A stretch of DNA of 47,621 nt from Sphaeroforma arctica JP610 (GCF_001186125.1 NW_014040456.1:91664-139284), one strand, 5' to 3'; shown: positions 13,045-27,100, counted from the stretch's first letter. The notes: generated by a model not told the origin, from the letters alone. Program-made: numbers and translations.

Positions 13045-15667
13045 GTGTAGTGCCGCTGATAATTCTATCATCGGCCAGGGAGATTTTAACATCTGTGGCC
13101 ATGGTATCACACTTAGAAGTTTTGTCATATGCTAAGATTAGGTGAGTAGTTTGAGTGCGCCTTTCAATGTCTTTCATTAATGCAAAGCGGTCGGATATAT
13201 ATGAAATTTCTGAACCAGGATCAATCAATGCAAGGACTTTATTTCTATTGCAATATACAAGTATTATTACACGCTCGTCTAAAGAGTCGTTGTATTTCCT
13301 TTGTAACGATTGTACCTGGTAGTACTTTCACTCCAACTCAATGTCGGGCTTTTTGTCACAAGACTTGGCGTGATAGCCATTGGTCTTGTCACACTTGTCA
13401 CACTTAGTAAGAAAGTGTGTACAGGTGGGTGCTCAATTGGTACATGTCATACCCACACTGTGCGTCGGCACATTTCTTAATCTCCTTAAATGAAGGTTCC
13501 TTGTTCTTCGCCTCCGCGCGTGCCCGTTTATTGTTGCGTTGATTGAGTGGAGTCGCGAGCACGTGTCTGGTTAGGACGCGTCTGATGAGGTTTATCATCT
13601 GACGTCTGGCGTGAGAGGTATCCTTGATCAGCGAGCTCGCGCGGTTTCTTCTTTACCGCCTTTCCCTTCGAGGTTACTCGGTGTGCGGGGAAAAGATTGG
13701 ATACAGTATCCTAAAACTGACCCCACGTAAGTCGGGATAGATGAAACTTTGTTTCATGTCCCTTGTCTCGAGCCTCAGTAGCGTATTTATGTCGCAACTC
13801 GGTGTACAGACTTTCACGGTCGTTATTCCCTATGTTCTTACAGAAAACATGCATAACCAGGAACTCGTACCATCGCTGCGCCTTGTCCTTTTTTATATCT
13901 GGACGTTTAAGGTCAGCATCAAGTTTCAGAATATAACTCTGAATAGGAGTATTCTCAACTGGTTCAGTTAAGATTGAACTCAGTCCTGGACTTCGCATGT
14001 CCTTGCTTAATAAGGACGTAACCAACCAACACACAGCTGGCCAGTCACGACAAGTGTCTAGCTCGTGCTGGTGTCGCTGCAGGATCAAGTAACTTGTTCC
14101 TGTAGGGTCAAACTACTACATTAAAGCGGAAGTCCATTGCTGGGGAGTGATATCATTCGTCTCCAGCATGACCGTAAACGCATTAAGCGTACGGGTTAGC
14201 GTGTCGAGGTCATTGTTGTTTATAAACTCGACCTACTTGCTGTTGGCATCCCAGTTCGACTTAAGTCGACTGATCTGTCCCTTGCACTTCTGGTAATCCC
14301 TGCAGTCTTGCCCACGTTGGGCCTGAAGTAGCTGATCGATGCGCTTCTGCTTGATCGCGATCATATTAGCATAATATGATACGTCATCAGCACGGTGCTC
14401 GTCATGGGCGATTTCCATCTTAATGGTGTAATCGTCGACCGATTTATTAAGTTCGGTCACCTCGACAGAGTGGAAATCCTCTGCGGGCTGGTGTAATGCT
14501 GTGCGATCGAAGCGATTAAATTCGACATCGTTAACACACTTACGGGGGTGTTTATTACCCCTTGTAAAGTCCAGGGTCGAGGCCTTTCGGTGCTCTGTCC
14601 CTCAGATAGTAGTTGGTATTGTAATCGTGGGTGCTTAATGTGTCTGGATAACATACCCAGTCTTAACTGGTTTCCGACGATTGTCATCTCAGTTGGGTAA
14701 AGGTGGCGAAGTATTTTTACCTGCCTCTGGGTCTATAATACCCTCAAGGACGGGCAACTCATGGCCGGGTGTTAGAACAGGCGAGTAATTAGCCTGAAGT
14801 TCTGGTGGTAGTTTCTCGTAAGGTATAGATACGCTGAGTACGTCTGGCTCATCTGCCACAGGTGTAGCGCTCAGGCCTTTACGCTTTTCGGGCGTAATTG
14901 CCTGTCGACGTTCTGTCCACTTCTGTAGGGCTTCAGTAATGCCCGGAAAAACATGCTCGCGTAAGTTCTATGTATGTTTTTCTGATCTATACATTCGATC
15001 TACATGTTCAACAGTCATGCCTTTCATAAGGGCGACTAACTGGTTCTTAAGATCAGTGTTTTTAGTAATTAACTTACTTATGCGCGATGGTTCAGTGGTC
15101 TCGGACGTAGATTCGGGTTTGCCACTTGAGCTTGCCTCCTCTTCTGATTCCGGTATAGGTACCTTCTGAGATTCGTCTTTGTCCCCTATGATTGGGGACT
15201 TTTCTTTCTGAGTTTCGTGAGAAGAATTGGTTGAGGCGTCTTGAGACGTGTCCCTTGTTTCACTTCTTGGCTTTGTAAATGCAAGCTTTGAAGTTGAAGC
15301 AATAGTTGGCCCTCGGGTTCTGTCTGTAGTAGTAGTATTCTTAATCGGAGTGGCTACATCCTTATCCGAAGCATTGTCCTGTTGACTATTATTGTCGGAG
15401 ACAAGTGCTTCGGCTACGGTGCGATTAAACGCATCGGCAGCGGCGGCGGTTGCTTCTGTGGCAGCGCTAGCTGCTTCTCTCTCCATCTTCTTACGTTCAG
15501 CCTTGCGTTTCTTTGCAGGTGTATTGTCTTTCTTTGTCATAATCTTAACTTATGACTTCAGTCTTTTTCTCTTAAGGAATGACTGTGCTTAGGAAAAAGA
15601 ATTGTGGTAGTTATCTACCTTTACGTTCAAGTAGTCTAAGTAGTTATTTCCTTTGCTTTCTTTAAAA

Positions 15668-16436
15668 TGTGTAAGATTCGGTCTATCAAGGCGATATCAA
15701 CGCCTTAGAGTAATTAAACGCTTAGGTTAAGTCAAAGTATCGTGGAATTCGACGTAAATAAACGAAATGAGTCTTTTGGTAAAGTTCGGTATGCCTCGTG
15801 AAAACAGCAATACTCTGAGACATTGTGAGGCTGAGACATTGCCTATATATAATCCTCTCAGTACTGTTTTCGCCGAAGGGATTTTAGTTAGTGTTTCGTT
15901 GTCGCTCTATTAGAAACTATGGTATGTTTCGTTGGGGCGAGTCCGAGAGACTCATAAAGTCCTATCTTTAAAAAAAAAAGAATAGAAAAAAGAAAAGTAC
16001 TCTTGATGTCCATAGTTAGTGCATTAACCAATAACTTGCCACTTATCAAGAATTGCCGACTTAGCCTTCATCAGACTGGCACACCTGGTTGGCTGAATGG
16101 AGGTTAAACTAGGTAGCGCTAATAGTCCCTAGAAACCTATATTCGGTTGAGCCATCTCGCTAACGAAGTATTCAGATATAAATAGATTTGGAAAGTAAAG
16201 ATAGTTCTATTAATAGAACTAGACCAAATCTTATGTTTGGTATTTTACTGGGGCCTTTTAATGGCCTTGTCCAAATATCTAATACGTAAAATGGAAAAGG
16301 TATTAATTAATAAAACCGTTAAAAACCATTTAGGAAACTTAAGTTCCTTGTACTATTAAGAGTACGCTTATAGTTTACGTACTGCTTAAGAGTACATTTA
16401 TAACATAGAGTCTAATGTGGAGGCCCGGCTATTAAA
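15668..16436 (-). repeat. Family B 5' LTR
   Basis: Direct repeat of 7833-8586, begins tgtgtaag; last few bases degenerate. Confidence 0.9.
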
Positions 16437-16889
16437 GTAGCGCTGATTTGTCCATCATTAGACGTAATATGACATACGATGAGTGTACATCAAGCCATGC
16501 TAACACATATATGTGTGTCCTCTGTTGGAATCCAATAGTGGTCCTATGGTGTCCACTTGGACTCTGTTGCCTTGAAAAGCGGCTGTGATTGATTGTAAGG
16601 GATGAAATCCCTTTTGTGTATCTTATTTTTGAGACATGGTATGCATAGGCAAATGAACTTGTGTACATGTTGTTGGATATCAGGCCAATCATGTGCATCT
16701 GCTTGTAACTTGTAGATTGTTTCCTCAGGAGTTTAATGTCCCAAATTGTGGTATTGCTCGATGATGATGACAACACGTGTCTCGTATTCTGTTGCCTGTG
16801 GGGCATCTTCAGAGTGAACTGGTTCTGATGCTGCAACGTGTATGGCAGGTCGGGTTGTTTCCGCGTTGAGATAAACTATGGAGACTTCA

Positions 16890-17263
16890 CTTCTATCTTT
16901 GCGACTAATATGACACCCCATGGGGTCTTGCCACAAGCCTTTTTGCCTTCTTTGAGGAAAATATTGTTTGTGTTTTCCACTAGCATCGAACTTTGGAAAC
17001 CACGTTGCATTGGGGTAGTATGGTACACATATCGTGATGCTGATTGCCTCTTTGCTGACTTTGACAAGGACATCAGGTATGAGTTCCCATGGTTGGTTCG
17101 TCAATGCATTCACTTTCTGGGCTCATTTTTGTTGTAGCGCATTCTGTTCTTTGGTGCAGTATTTATCTGTGTGTGCATTGTGTGCCGATACAAACAGATC
17201 CCCCGTGAATTCCCCAAATCGTCGTTCAGTTTCTTGGTAAAATCTGGGGTGTAGCATTCAGCC
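16890..17263 (-). pseudogene. DIRS/Dam-like methyltransferase-type domain, family A copy 1
   Basis: MLHPRFYQETERRFGEFTGDLFVSAHNAHTDKY...NALTNQPWELIPDVL...ITICVPYYPNATWF...CGKTPWGVILVAKI (frameshifted). Confidence 0.78.
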
Positions 17264-17640
17264 TGTGGCTGATTGTACTCTTGGCTATCATTGTATTGTA
17301 TCATTTGCTTCTTGTAATACCTTTGAAGTTTATTGAAAATGTCTTCATGTAGACGCGACAACATGTCTCCCATCTGATTGACCTTGCCTTGGACATGTAT
17401 GATGGAGAAGTGGTGGTGGAATGTTTTTGCTGTCCATTTGACTAGCATTGGGTGTAACGTCTGTTGACTGTTCATTAGCGTGAGCGCTTTGTGATCGGTC
17501 CACAGTGTTATGTTCCCCCTATAATGTATTCGGAGAAATGCTGCAGGTTGTATACCAATGCTAGTAGCTCTTTAGTATTGTACTTTTGAGAAATAGAGAA
17601 TATCTCTTCTAACTCCATCGATTACTTGAAATAAACATTC

Positions 17641-18247
17641 TTCTATGCTTGTTAGCGTGCGATGTGGGGGAGTATAAGTAAAGTGCAAATGTATCTAAAG
17701 AATGACATTATTCTATGCTTGTTAGCGTGCGATGTGGGGGAGTATAAGTAAAGTGCAAATGTATCTAAAGAATGACATTATTCTATGCTTGTTAGCGTGC
17801 GATGTGGGGGAGTATAAGTAAAGTGCAAATGTGTCTAAAGAATGGTGCGTTCGAATGAATTTATCTATGATCTCACTCTCAGTTATATACTCATGGTGTT
17901 TGTACTAGTGTTCAATCACTTGGGTTGGCCAGGGTTAAAACCCATATGATCAGTATGAGAAACCTTACGCAGATCACTTTAACACTCGGATATATTTTCT
18001 AGAAATAAATATATCATATTATCTGCTACTACACTCAGTCTCGGACCTCGGCTTTCGGCGAGCCGGTGGCCCGTGTTCTATATATAGAAAAATTTGAGAA
18101 GAGGTCTCAAATTACTCTTAGGTTCTCATAGGCTGACCCACCTATACGTATATTAATTTGAGAACAAGTCCCAAACTACTCTCGGGCTGACGACGTAAAT
18201 TGTTGTTAACGTATCTAGAAATACGTCTACTTCTTTAGTCTCTCAAC
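17641..18247 (+). mobile_element. Insertion in family A RNase H: 70-bp tandem repeat x3 plus a putative Copia-like PPT and 3' LTR remnant
   Basis: Splits the RH coding sequence (DASDCG|..LFQVIDG). Repeat units start at 17641, 17711 and 17781, each with GGGGGAG. The segment has a TATA-like tract and ends tctcaac. Confidence 0.5.
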
Positions 18248-21200
18248 GCCGCAGTCACTAGCATCATTCATTATTTGAAACGGTACCCCATCGACAGGGT
18301 ATGCTAGTGCCGCTGAACATGCGATGGCTTCTTTGAGTTCTTCCCACTTCTTTTTGAGTTCCGGAGTCCATAACATGGATATGTTCTGGTTCATTTTTCC
18401 TTTCATAAGATTCTGGAAGTGTTTCTTTGTGTGGGCAAAGTTGGGGACGTGGTCGCGCATGTAATTTGCTAGTCCCACCGTTTTGTGCAGATCTCTCTTT
18501 GTTCTGGGTAGTGGCCAGTCCATCATCCTTTTCTGTTTTTCAGGATCTGCTTTGAGTCCTTGTGTGGTGAGTTTCACACCTAGAATATTGATCACTTTGA
18601 CCGCGAAGGCACACTTGTTGTGGTTGAGTCGGAAGTTTACTCCATTCAGTTGTTTGACTACTTCATACATTCTTCTTCTGTAAGACTCGCAATGACTATG
18701 TCATCTGCATACACTTGCAATCCTTTGATGTCTATGAGCAAGCTTGTCATGACTCTCTGGAACTGTGCTGTGAGTGAGTGTAGTCCAAACGGCGCTGACT
18801 TGAACGAGTATTACGCTCCTCTCTACGAGAATGTGAAAAAGTGTTGGCTTGCTTCGTCTACTAGAAAATGGTGAAACACTCTTGTGATATCTAGCTTAGC
18901 TTCGAGAAGAATTGTGCTCCATGTAGGTTGTGTAGTACTTCCGTTATTTTTGGTAACATAAATTTGTCTTGTTCATATTGATAATTGATCTCACGTAAGT
19001 CTAGGCATGTTCTTACTTTCTTGAGGAGACCTGTATAGTCCTGTTCACCTGTTGATAACAATGGTAGATTCACCGTTATCGGTGTGGTGCGTTTGTATAT
19101 GTGACCATCTGTAAGCCACCTTTGTACGATTTCATCTGTTTGCGGAATGTATATGCTAGGTACAAAATTGACTTTAGCGTGCCTCATTTGTCTGACGTTA
19201 ACTTCATTTGTAGGTACTATGACTGTGGATCCTGGTAGGTTGCAATGTACGTCAGAAGGTATATTCGCATTGGTATCTAGAAGGTCTGTAGGTGACTCTT
19301 TGAATTCTTCTTGTTCATGCTCCGGGTCCTCCTCATGTGGTGTGAGGAGTGATTCCCATTTTGCATCTGTTGGTATAAGTGGATTAATTAATCCTGCTAT
19401 GTATATACCTATGTATGGTAGAATATCCATACAGAGAAATATTGGTGCCTTCTTGTTTTGTAGATCCAATACTTCAAAACACTGAGAGGTTTTCCTATCT
19501 CGATAATTAATGTCACAAACTTCAGTTGATCCTGTGCGTTGAATTCTTGCATCTGTTTGTGCTAGTTGTATATAACCCGGTTGCGCTTTGACATAGATTT
19601 GTAGTTCTGATACTACACTCTTGTCCATGCATGAGCGTTGTGCGCTCGAGTCTACTAATGTATTGTATGTATTGCCATTAATTTGTATGTCAATGTGTAA
19701 ACGTTGGTCTCGTGGTGCGGGAGGTAAGGATAAAGGTTGATAATTTAAATCATTTGCATTTATTAACAACGTTCCTTCATCTGTATATACATTGAGCCTG
19801 TCAGCCAGGTCAATCATGTTCGCTTCCGCCCACCAGTTGTTTTAGTGCTCGTCACCTTCTGTGATGTCTTCTACCTTCCCAGAGGTAATGGACAGTCATG
19901 CTATTGCACATCCTTCTTGGCCCGCTCCTCAGCCTGTTTGGCTTGATTTCCTTTTTTCTTGGGACATTTACTGAACCGATCTGGGGCTGGCAACACCAGA
20001 CAGACAGTAGGGACATATACGCTCTTCACGTGCCCCTCTCTTCTCTTGTGCCTGTCCCACTGGCTTGTTTTGGTTGGGTGCACCGTTGTCCGGTTTATAC
20101 CGTTTGTTAGCAGTGGTAGTGCTATTCTCATCTTGGATGGTTGTCTGTGCGTTTTGACGCTTGTTCTGCACTCGCAACTGTTCCCTCAACATTCGGTCTC
20201 CTTGCATCTTGGATGCCGCTCTTATTTTTGCCTGTCATAATATGAAACTTGGTGTGTTCTATATCTGACAAGTACCCTTCCCTTCCATCAGATTGCTTGT
20301 CTGCTCTGATTAGAGCTCCACCTGTGTTTGTTGTCCGTAGTACATAAGTGATTGGTACCTTAGTACTCTGAGGAGTTGGAAGTGTATGGGTTCCGTGTCT
20401 GAGTTGCGGTAACTCTCCTCTAACATCACCATTGTCTTATGCGCACGCTCTGTGCGCACTTCGACGTTCAGCTTCTTGTTCTGCATGTCATTGAGAAACT
20501 TCTCCAACAGATAGTCTACTGGGTAGGGCATGAGTCTGTCAATAATGATCCTATTGAATTGCTCAGGTTCCTTGATGCGCTTAGTCGTATGTTTCTCAGA
20601 ATCTCTTAAGTTATTGGGTACTGACTTGGTCTTCTCCGTTGCATCAGTGGAATCTAATAGGTTTCTCGTTGGTGCTGGGTACTGACACAGCGGCATGAAC
20701 TTTGCTACGAATAGATCTCTACATTGCGTAGTGAACTCTATGATGTCTGCACAATTTTCCATTCTAAAGTAACTATCTTTAGGTAGCTTGGAAAATTCTG
20801 AAGTCTTTAGTAGTTTTGCAAGAGGTGGTTCATTTATCTGGTCGCCTAAGCGTGAACGCATGAGCTCTAACTCACTAATGTATTGACTTTTTGTATGAGA
20901 TCATCTTCATTATCGTCACCACAATCGTTGATAGCTATTTCATATCGTCTTCTGAGCTCCACATCCACGAGTGGCATGCGTCGTTTTGGCTGTTGGTCAT
21001 GAATCCCTACCCTCATCTTGTGTAGCGTCGGTATAGGCACCGGTACTGTTTGTTCCAATTTGGATACAACCCTACTAACTAGGATGTAAAAATCCTAAAA
21101 ACGCTTGTCTATTTCTAGACGCATTACTGAGGCTAGTATGGGAACTCCTCCAGGTGTAGATTGGTTTGACCCACTACCCGGGTTTGGTTCCCCTTCTGAA

Positions 21201-23834
21201 ATATCCCCTGCACCATCTGTACCCATACCTTCTTCTTTATATGATGGTGTGTGGCTATTGCAAGTTATTAGTGAAGACTCTTGTTGCTTTCTGTGCGAAT
21301 GTGCGCTTCACCCCCCTTATCTTGTCTAATAGCTTGTATAAAATAAATAAAATATGAAGTGTTTTTACTTACTATTGTCGTCTTATTTCTTTGCTGCACT
21401 TCCGTGTGAAGTGTTTACCGTATTGTGTGGTACGGTAGCTTATTACCTTGTTCTCTGTATTTATGAGGGTGTAAACAGTGTTTGTTAGTCAAGCTTATTC
21501 CGTCATATGAGGAATTACTTATGATTGTTCCGTCATATGAGAAATTGGTTTCTCATGTGATCTTAATGAGATGTTCGGTCTTTGTGACGTCACCGTGAAA
21601 GTTCGGCCCTTTCGACGTCACCCCTGAATGTTCGGTCCACTGAGGATGTGTGGTCTTGTACCGAAATTTCTATGTATGTGTGTGGTATCTGTGATGTTTG
21701 TCCTTATTGACTTTACCAGAAATGTTCTCTGTTTTACCACACTTACTTGATGTTCACGTTACTTTTGTGTTTATTACTTGTATGATGTCCAGTCCTGGAC
21801 CAATTCGGTGTGCTTCTCAGGCTTCATTGTTGATCACTGTCTTGCGAATTTAGTCCGATCTCCTGTGTATATTGTGTGTGTTCGTACAACGAGATTTCGT
21901 TGACTCTGGATGCTCATCACCTTGGTGTCACTTCACCTTCTATTTTAGTTTTTATGAACTGTAAATGCGTCTAGTGTTGTGTGTGGAATGGTTTGTTCCT
22001 GCTCTCTGAATTGTGTTATTGTGATCTTTCTGTGATTCGATCGATCTTGGACGTGCTGTTGGTGTGTGTGTGGAATAAATTATTCCCTTGCCTCACCCAT
22101 ATCTGTCTTCATCTACTTCTAACTTGTTGAGGTAGTTTCGATCACTTCTGACGTTGTGTTTGTACTAGGTGCTTCCTATGTACTATTTGGAATGGATCAT
22201 TCCTGTGTACCATTTAGGCGAGCGTGTCACGAAATGAAATGTTCCTACGCAATATCAGATGCTAGAGATTTGTGTCCTCAATTTCCTCGTGTATTTATGA
22301 ATGATGTATTTGCTATTGTGTGTCACAATACTGTGCTTTCTTCTTCGTGATCTCATGAACTGGTTCGGTGCTATGTCACTTGTTTGACATTTATATCTAG
22401 TATGAAATGCTTATTTGTGGAATCTTGGTATCTGATGTCTTGTTCTGTCTTATAGCGCCTTGAAGTGTATAGTGTACTATCGCATGGCTTGTTTTTTTAT
22501 AGTGTTTTATGAATACTTTACCCGCTGTTACTTATTGTGATTCAATCTTTGAAACTCCTTAATTAAATACACACTGACATTTGTTGTGATTCAATCTTTG
22601 AAACTCCTCAACCATTTGATTAATACTGTGCGCATCTGATTGTTCTTGAACTTTCTTGTTCAATGATCGAGTGTGTGTTATTCTATTGAGTAATTATTTT
22701 CTTCTCCTTAATTGAGAAAACTTGCTTCGTACATGTAATTAACTTGTCTTTATTGAGAATACTTCGTTGATGGAAGTTGCTTCATATAATTGACTTGTCA
22801 ACTATGTGTCCTGATTGATCAGAAGCGATAATCTCCAATCTTGATATGTTGTCTATCTCTCTTCTGACCACTATCTATTCTTAAGCCAGTACAACTACTT
22901 AAATTAACTAGTTTTTGCTTTGTTACCCTTCGTCATTCCATGTTTGGACACTGTTGTGACAAGTGCATGTCTTTTCTAATGCAAGTAGATGCCTGAAACT
23001 CAGGCCTTAGATTTTGAGGTAGACGTTGGTTTCTTACTCATCTGTGTGTGAGAGAGAGCTAAGTTGATTCCTGTTACTATGTTCTGTCGTTCTACGTTAG
23101 ACTTTTGAATGTAGTATATTTCTTGTACTTATTATTTCGGTTTTACTGGCGATTTTGCTCTTATCAGTACTGAATGTCTTATACTTACTTAGGTTGCGAT
23201 CGAGTGTTGTGCTAACATTGAATACTACAGGCTGCTTGCGCGTGTTGTTTTTGTCTTTTAGTTAATAATTCACTGCTAGTTGTGTGCACAAATTCTCACA
23301 ACTCGCTGTGTATAATATCATTGCATGTATTGTTATACTAGTTGTATATCTCGTGGTTTTTGTGCATTGATGTGCAGTGTCCCTAAGTTCAGTATATTTT
23401 CTTGTTCGAAAACTGCCTAAAAATCCCCAACATTGATTAATTAATCTATGTGACACTACTACATAATTTTACTCCCTGAGATACTTATTTGTTCACAATA
23501 AAGCTTATAACACCTTGTCACATGTCCAGCTTACTTCTAGAACACGTTCTATTTACATTGGTTGTTGTGCCAAGGTTCTTCTATCGCTTGAGTGGTTCCC
23601 CTCTTCTTCTTTCTGTCTTCCGCAATCTCAGGATATCGACTTATTTTTCGACTGTGGACCCTCTTTCTTATTCAGGTCCCCTTTGCTTCTCTTCGGCTTC
23701 TCTCTTTTATAATAAAGTTTATATCACAAACAGAGTTTCTTTATGACAGGAGTGTATTCTGCATCATCTCTCACACCTATTTCAGTGTGTTGGGATTCTT
23801 GTTGACTTATCTAAGTAAGAATATTGTCAAAAAA

Positions 23835-24155
23835 TGTAGAGTACGGAGAGTGGCTGAAAGGTACGAGTCAAAGGATACAATAGACCTCTTCTCAAGTACA
23901 GTCATCTCAGCTAGGAAAGTCTCTAGTCTGAGAGAACCGGACTGAGACTTTATTTGTGTTTTTACTAGACTCAGGATTTACTCGAGTGTTTCTCTCACAC
24001 GCGGGGTCCCGGTATAGCTTACCGGGTTTACCGCTAATATTTCTGATGACTAATATCAGAAACATTCCATTCCTACTTCCAAAACTCAGTATTTGATTAT
24101 TATGGGATTTGGGATTTGGATTGGCTTTTTGATAGTCTAGTCCCTAGTTGCTACA
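23835..24155 (-). repeat. Family A LTR (5' LTR of copy 1)
   Basis: TG...CA termini, homologous to the other family A LTRs, adjacent to family A leader sequence. Confidence 0.9.
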
Positions 24156-27100
24156 GTCTGAAGGGATCTGACCATTTTGGCCTAACAAGTCAGAGAGAGA
24201 TTCTCTGAATCCTTCTGGTTCATGCTCAGGGTCTTCTTTATGTGGTGTGGGAAGTGATTCCCATTTAGCATCTGTTGGTATTAGTGGGTTGATTATCCCT
24301 GCTAGGTATATGCCTAAGTATGGTACAATGTCCATACCAAAATAGAATTGGCGATTTCTTGTCTGGGAGGTCGAGGACCTCAAACCAGTTTGGTGTTTTT
24401 CTACCGCCGTAATCCATATCACATACTTCTGTTGAACCAGTGCATTGTACCCTTGCATCTGATGGTATTAGCTGTATGTAGCCAGGTTGTGCTTTTACGG
24501 ATGAGTATAGTTTTGTTACTACACTGCGATCCATACAAGAGCGTTATGCTCCTGAATCTACTAGTGCGTTGTTTGTGGTGCCATTGATTTGTATGTCTGT
24601 TTGCAATCTTTGGTCTCGTGGATTAGGAAGTAAAGAAATAGGTGTGTACGCACTATCATTTGTATTTACTAACAGCGTTTCTTCATCAGTGTGTGCATTC
24701 ACAATGTTTACCATGTTTATCATGTTAGTCCGACCACCAAGCTTTCCATAGATCTTCATCCATCTCCTGCATATTGTTGCCCATTTGTAATGGCCAACTG
24801 GTCGATATGGACGGTTTGAGATTGTTGCGCTGCTCGAGCTTATGCCTTTAGACGGTTGCTTTCGCCTTTGTTGGGGCACTTGCTGTACGCATGTGGTGAA
24901 AGGTTTGTACCGCAGTGTGGGCAAGGTTTTGGCCCTCGTGGTGCTGGGGTGTTAGTGGCCTGTCCTATGGGATGGTCTCTGCCTTGTCCTCCTTGTTGAC
25001 CACCACCTCTTGGTGGTCCTCCCCTTCTTGGTGCCCTCTCCCCCTCCCTCCCCTCTGGGTGGACCCCCTGGAGGTATGTCCAGTCTTGGACGAGTGGCTC
25101 GCGGGTCAGAAACGGTTGCGTTTCTTGCTCGCTTGTTGTCACGCTTGCGATTAGCTTGTAATATGGTTGCCTGTCTAATCATATCTTCAGTGAGTTCATG
25201 AAATACCTTCTCTGAAATGCCAGACAAGTGTTCACTACTACCATCCGGTTTTGTTTGTGCTTTGATCAGTTTGTCTGTTTTTGCTTGCAAACTGTACATG
25301 ACTAGTACTGGGTAACGTGATTCCTTGAGGGGTTGCTAATTATTAATGAACTCTCTCTCAGTGCCTTTGTAACGCTTCTCTAACTCAATCATTGAGCGAC
25401 GCAACCGTACTACTCGTACTTCAACATTCATGCGAGTATCATAGAAGTCGTTGAGCCACTTCACTAGTAGATAGTCTACTGGAGTGCGACGCAGGTTGTC
25501 AATGATTAATGTATTGTAGTCTTCCACATCAGTGAATTCTTTCCAAAGCTGTTTGGAACTACGTATATTATTGAGTGCAGTACGCGGTATACTTCTATTG
25601 CGTCTGTCTGTCTGAGCAATTCTTGTACGAGTGATAGGTACTGTACCAATGGCATGTTTGTGCTCGCGAACAAGTCTTTTGCTACAGATACAAACTCAAT
25701 CGTATTACGACAATCAGCCATGCTGACATACTTACCTGCTGGTCACTTAGGAAATTCACTCATTTTGAGGAATTTGTCCATCTCTGGTTCTGAGATTTTA
25801 TCCCCTTCATGTGATCTAATTAGAGTTAACTCGCTCATAAAGCCACTCATCGCAATACACTCATCGTGATCACTTTTATCACAGTTCTTTATAGCTTTAT
25901 TGTATAGCTCTGATAACCATTGATCTAAAACTGGTATCAATCGTTGGGTTGATGGTCATGAACTGCTTTGCGGAGTTTGTGGAGTGCTCGTATGTCAATG
26001 GGGTTCTCCGCTGTTTATGCATACAACTTGTCCACTAATATGTCTACAATGTAGAAGTTGCCGTCATATATGGTCTTGTCCATGACTATGTTGTACTTAC
26101 TCATTGCTGGATCCAAAGGAGCTCTTGCTGGTGTGGGCTTATCATCTATGCGCATCCCTGTGTGAAGTGGTAGTGCGAGAAGATGTTTGTGAGACTGACA
26201 TTGTGTTTGGTTGTACTGGCCTTGTTCTGGCGGTGCGAGTCGTGCTCTCCGTGTGTGTGTACGGCTTGAGCTCACTTGTGTCCGTAGGCTCCTTCGTGAT
26301 GCTCGTGGTCGTTGGTATGGCGCAGACGTCATTGACTGTTTGGTATTTGGTTAATCATCATTGTGTCAGCCGTGTTGTATTTGTTTGTTGTACCCTTGGT
26401 ATGTTATCTGTTGTTATTCTCTAGCTTAGATAAGCTATTGTTATCTTCTTGTAGACATAGATTAGCCCTTCCCTGGTGTTCACACACTTTCTGTTGTGAA
26501 TTGTGCTACTTACCTTTGTGGTGGTATGTGTTGTGGTGTTCTGTGGAGTAGTTGTATGTAGTATCCTGCACTTGATCTGTTCAACTTGACGTTCTCTGTG
26601 ACACCTGAGTTTATATGGAGTGTTTTCGGTTTTAGGGGATACACTTTGGTTTATCTTGGTCTATTGGTGCGTTTGTCATAAACCTGTTTTTTCTTGTAAA
26701 CCTAGTGGTTGGTGTGTACAACTGTGGTATATGTTTTTTACTTTCTGTTTTTGATATGTATTCTCAGTCCCTTTTGCTATACCTCTTCGTAGAATAGTGT
26801 GTAGAATATGTTTTGGTCTCCTATTGAGTACCAAACTTGGTGTCTTGAAGTATGATTTGTGCTTAATGTCTTGAAGTATGATTTTTTCTTCAGTCGTTGT
26901 CTTCCACGAGTTAAAGGACCAGTGACGACTGTGTTCTTCCGAGTTTATTGTGGTGTACATACTTCATGTGGTGTGCATACTTCACTTCTCTGAGTTATTG
27001 AATCAATACCGAATGGGTCGATGTCGTTAGATCTTAGTGATGGGTTGTCACTGTATTGTGCTGCCTGCCAATGCTTCTTTTATTGTGTGAAGTTTAATTG

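Larger units (their letters stand above)
8877..15540 (-). pseudogene. Family B gag-pol (gag-PR-RT-RH-MT-IN-chromodomain-like), disrupted
   Basis: ORF fragments 14968-15540 and 13711-14088 (gag), 13001-13228 (PR), 11457-12914 (RT), 11131-11460 (RH), 10579-11093 (MT), 8877-9868 (IN and tail YYRIRF...DAFDNQDYLNAY). Several stops and frameshifts. Confidence 0.88.
7833..16436 (-). mobile_element. Ty3/Gypsy LTR retrotransposon, family B, near full length, inserted in the integrase of family A copy 1
   Basis: Near-identical ~755-bp LTRs (7833-8586 and 15668-~16436; consensus termini tgtgtaa...ttacaca), PPT gggtggggcc on minus next to the 3' LTR. Contains gag, protease (LIDPGS), RT (IDLTQGYHQ, VYIDD), RNase H (TDASD), MT, integrase (TDNGSEF...QGANE) and a chromodomain-like tail. 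Host integrase sequence resumes on both sides. Confidence 0.92.
16437..21330 (-). pseudogene. Family A copy 1 gag-pol (5' part; integrase continues at 6960-7832), disrupted
   Basis: Fragments 20310-21058 (gag), 18891-19817 (PR/RT), 18227-18670 (RT/RH), 17110-17475 (RH), 16733-17113 (MT/IN zinc finger). Collinear with the + strand copy at 32485-36758. Confidence 0.88.
6168..24155 (-). mobile_element. Ty3/Gypsy chromovirus-like LTR retrotransposon, family A, copy 1 (decayed, with nested insertions)
   Basis: Related LTRs at 6168-6482 and 23835-24155, G-rich PPT next to the 3' LTR (cccccc at 6484-6489). Internal order on minus: long leader, gag (~21330-19900), protease (LVDSSA ~19650), RT (VYADD ~18700), RNase H (NDASD; LWTDHKAL), MT, integrase (split by element B), chromodomain-like tail (~6960-7100). 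The flanks (cggaa/gtctg) are not a TSD, so the two LTRs may be from different insertions. Confidence 0.85.

Noticed and set aside
17641..17843. CRISPR-like array
   Set aside because: Head-to-tail 70-bp units with no unique spacers, eukaryotic context, no cas genes.
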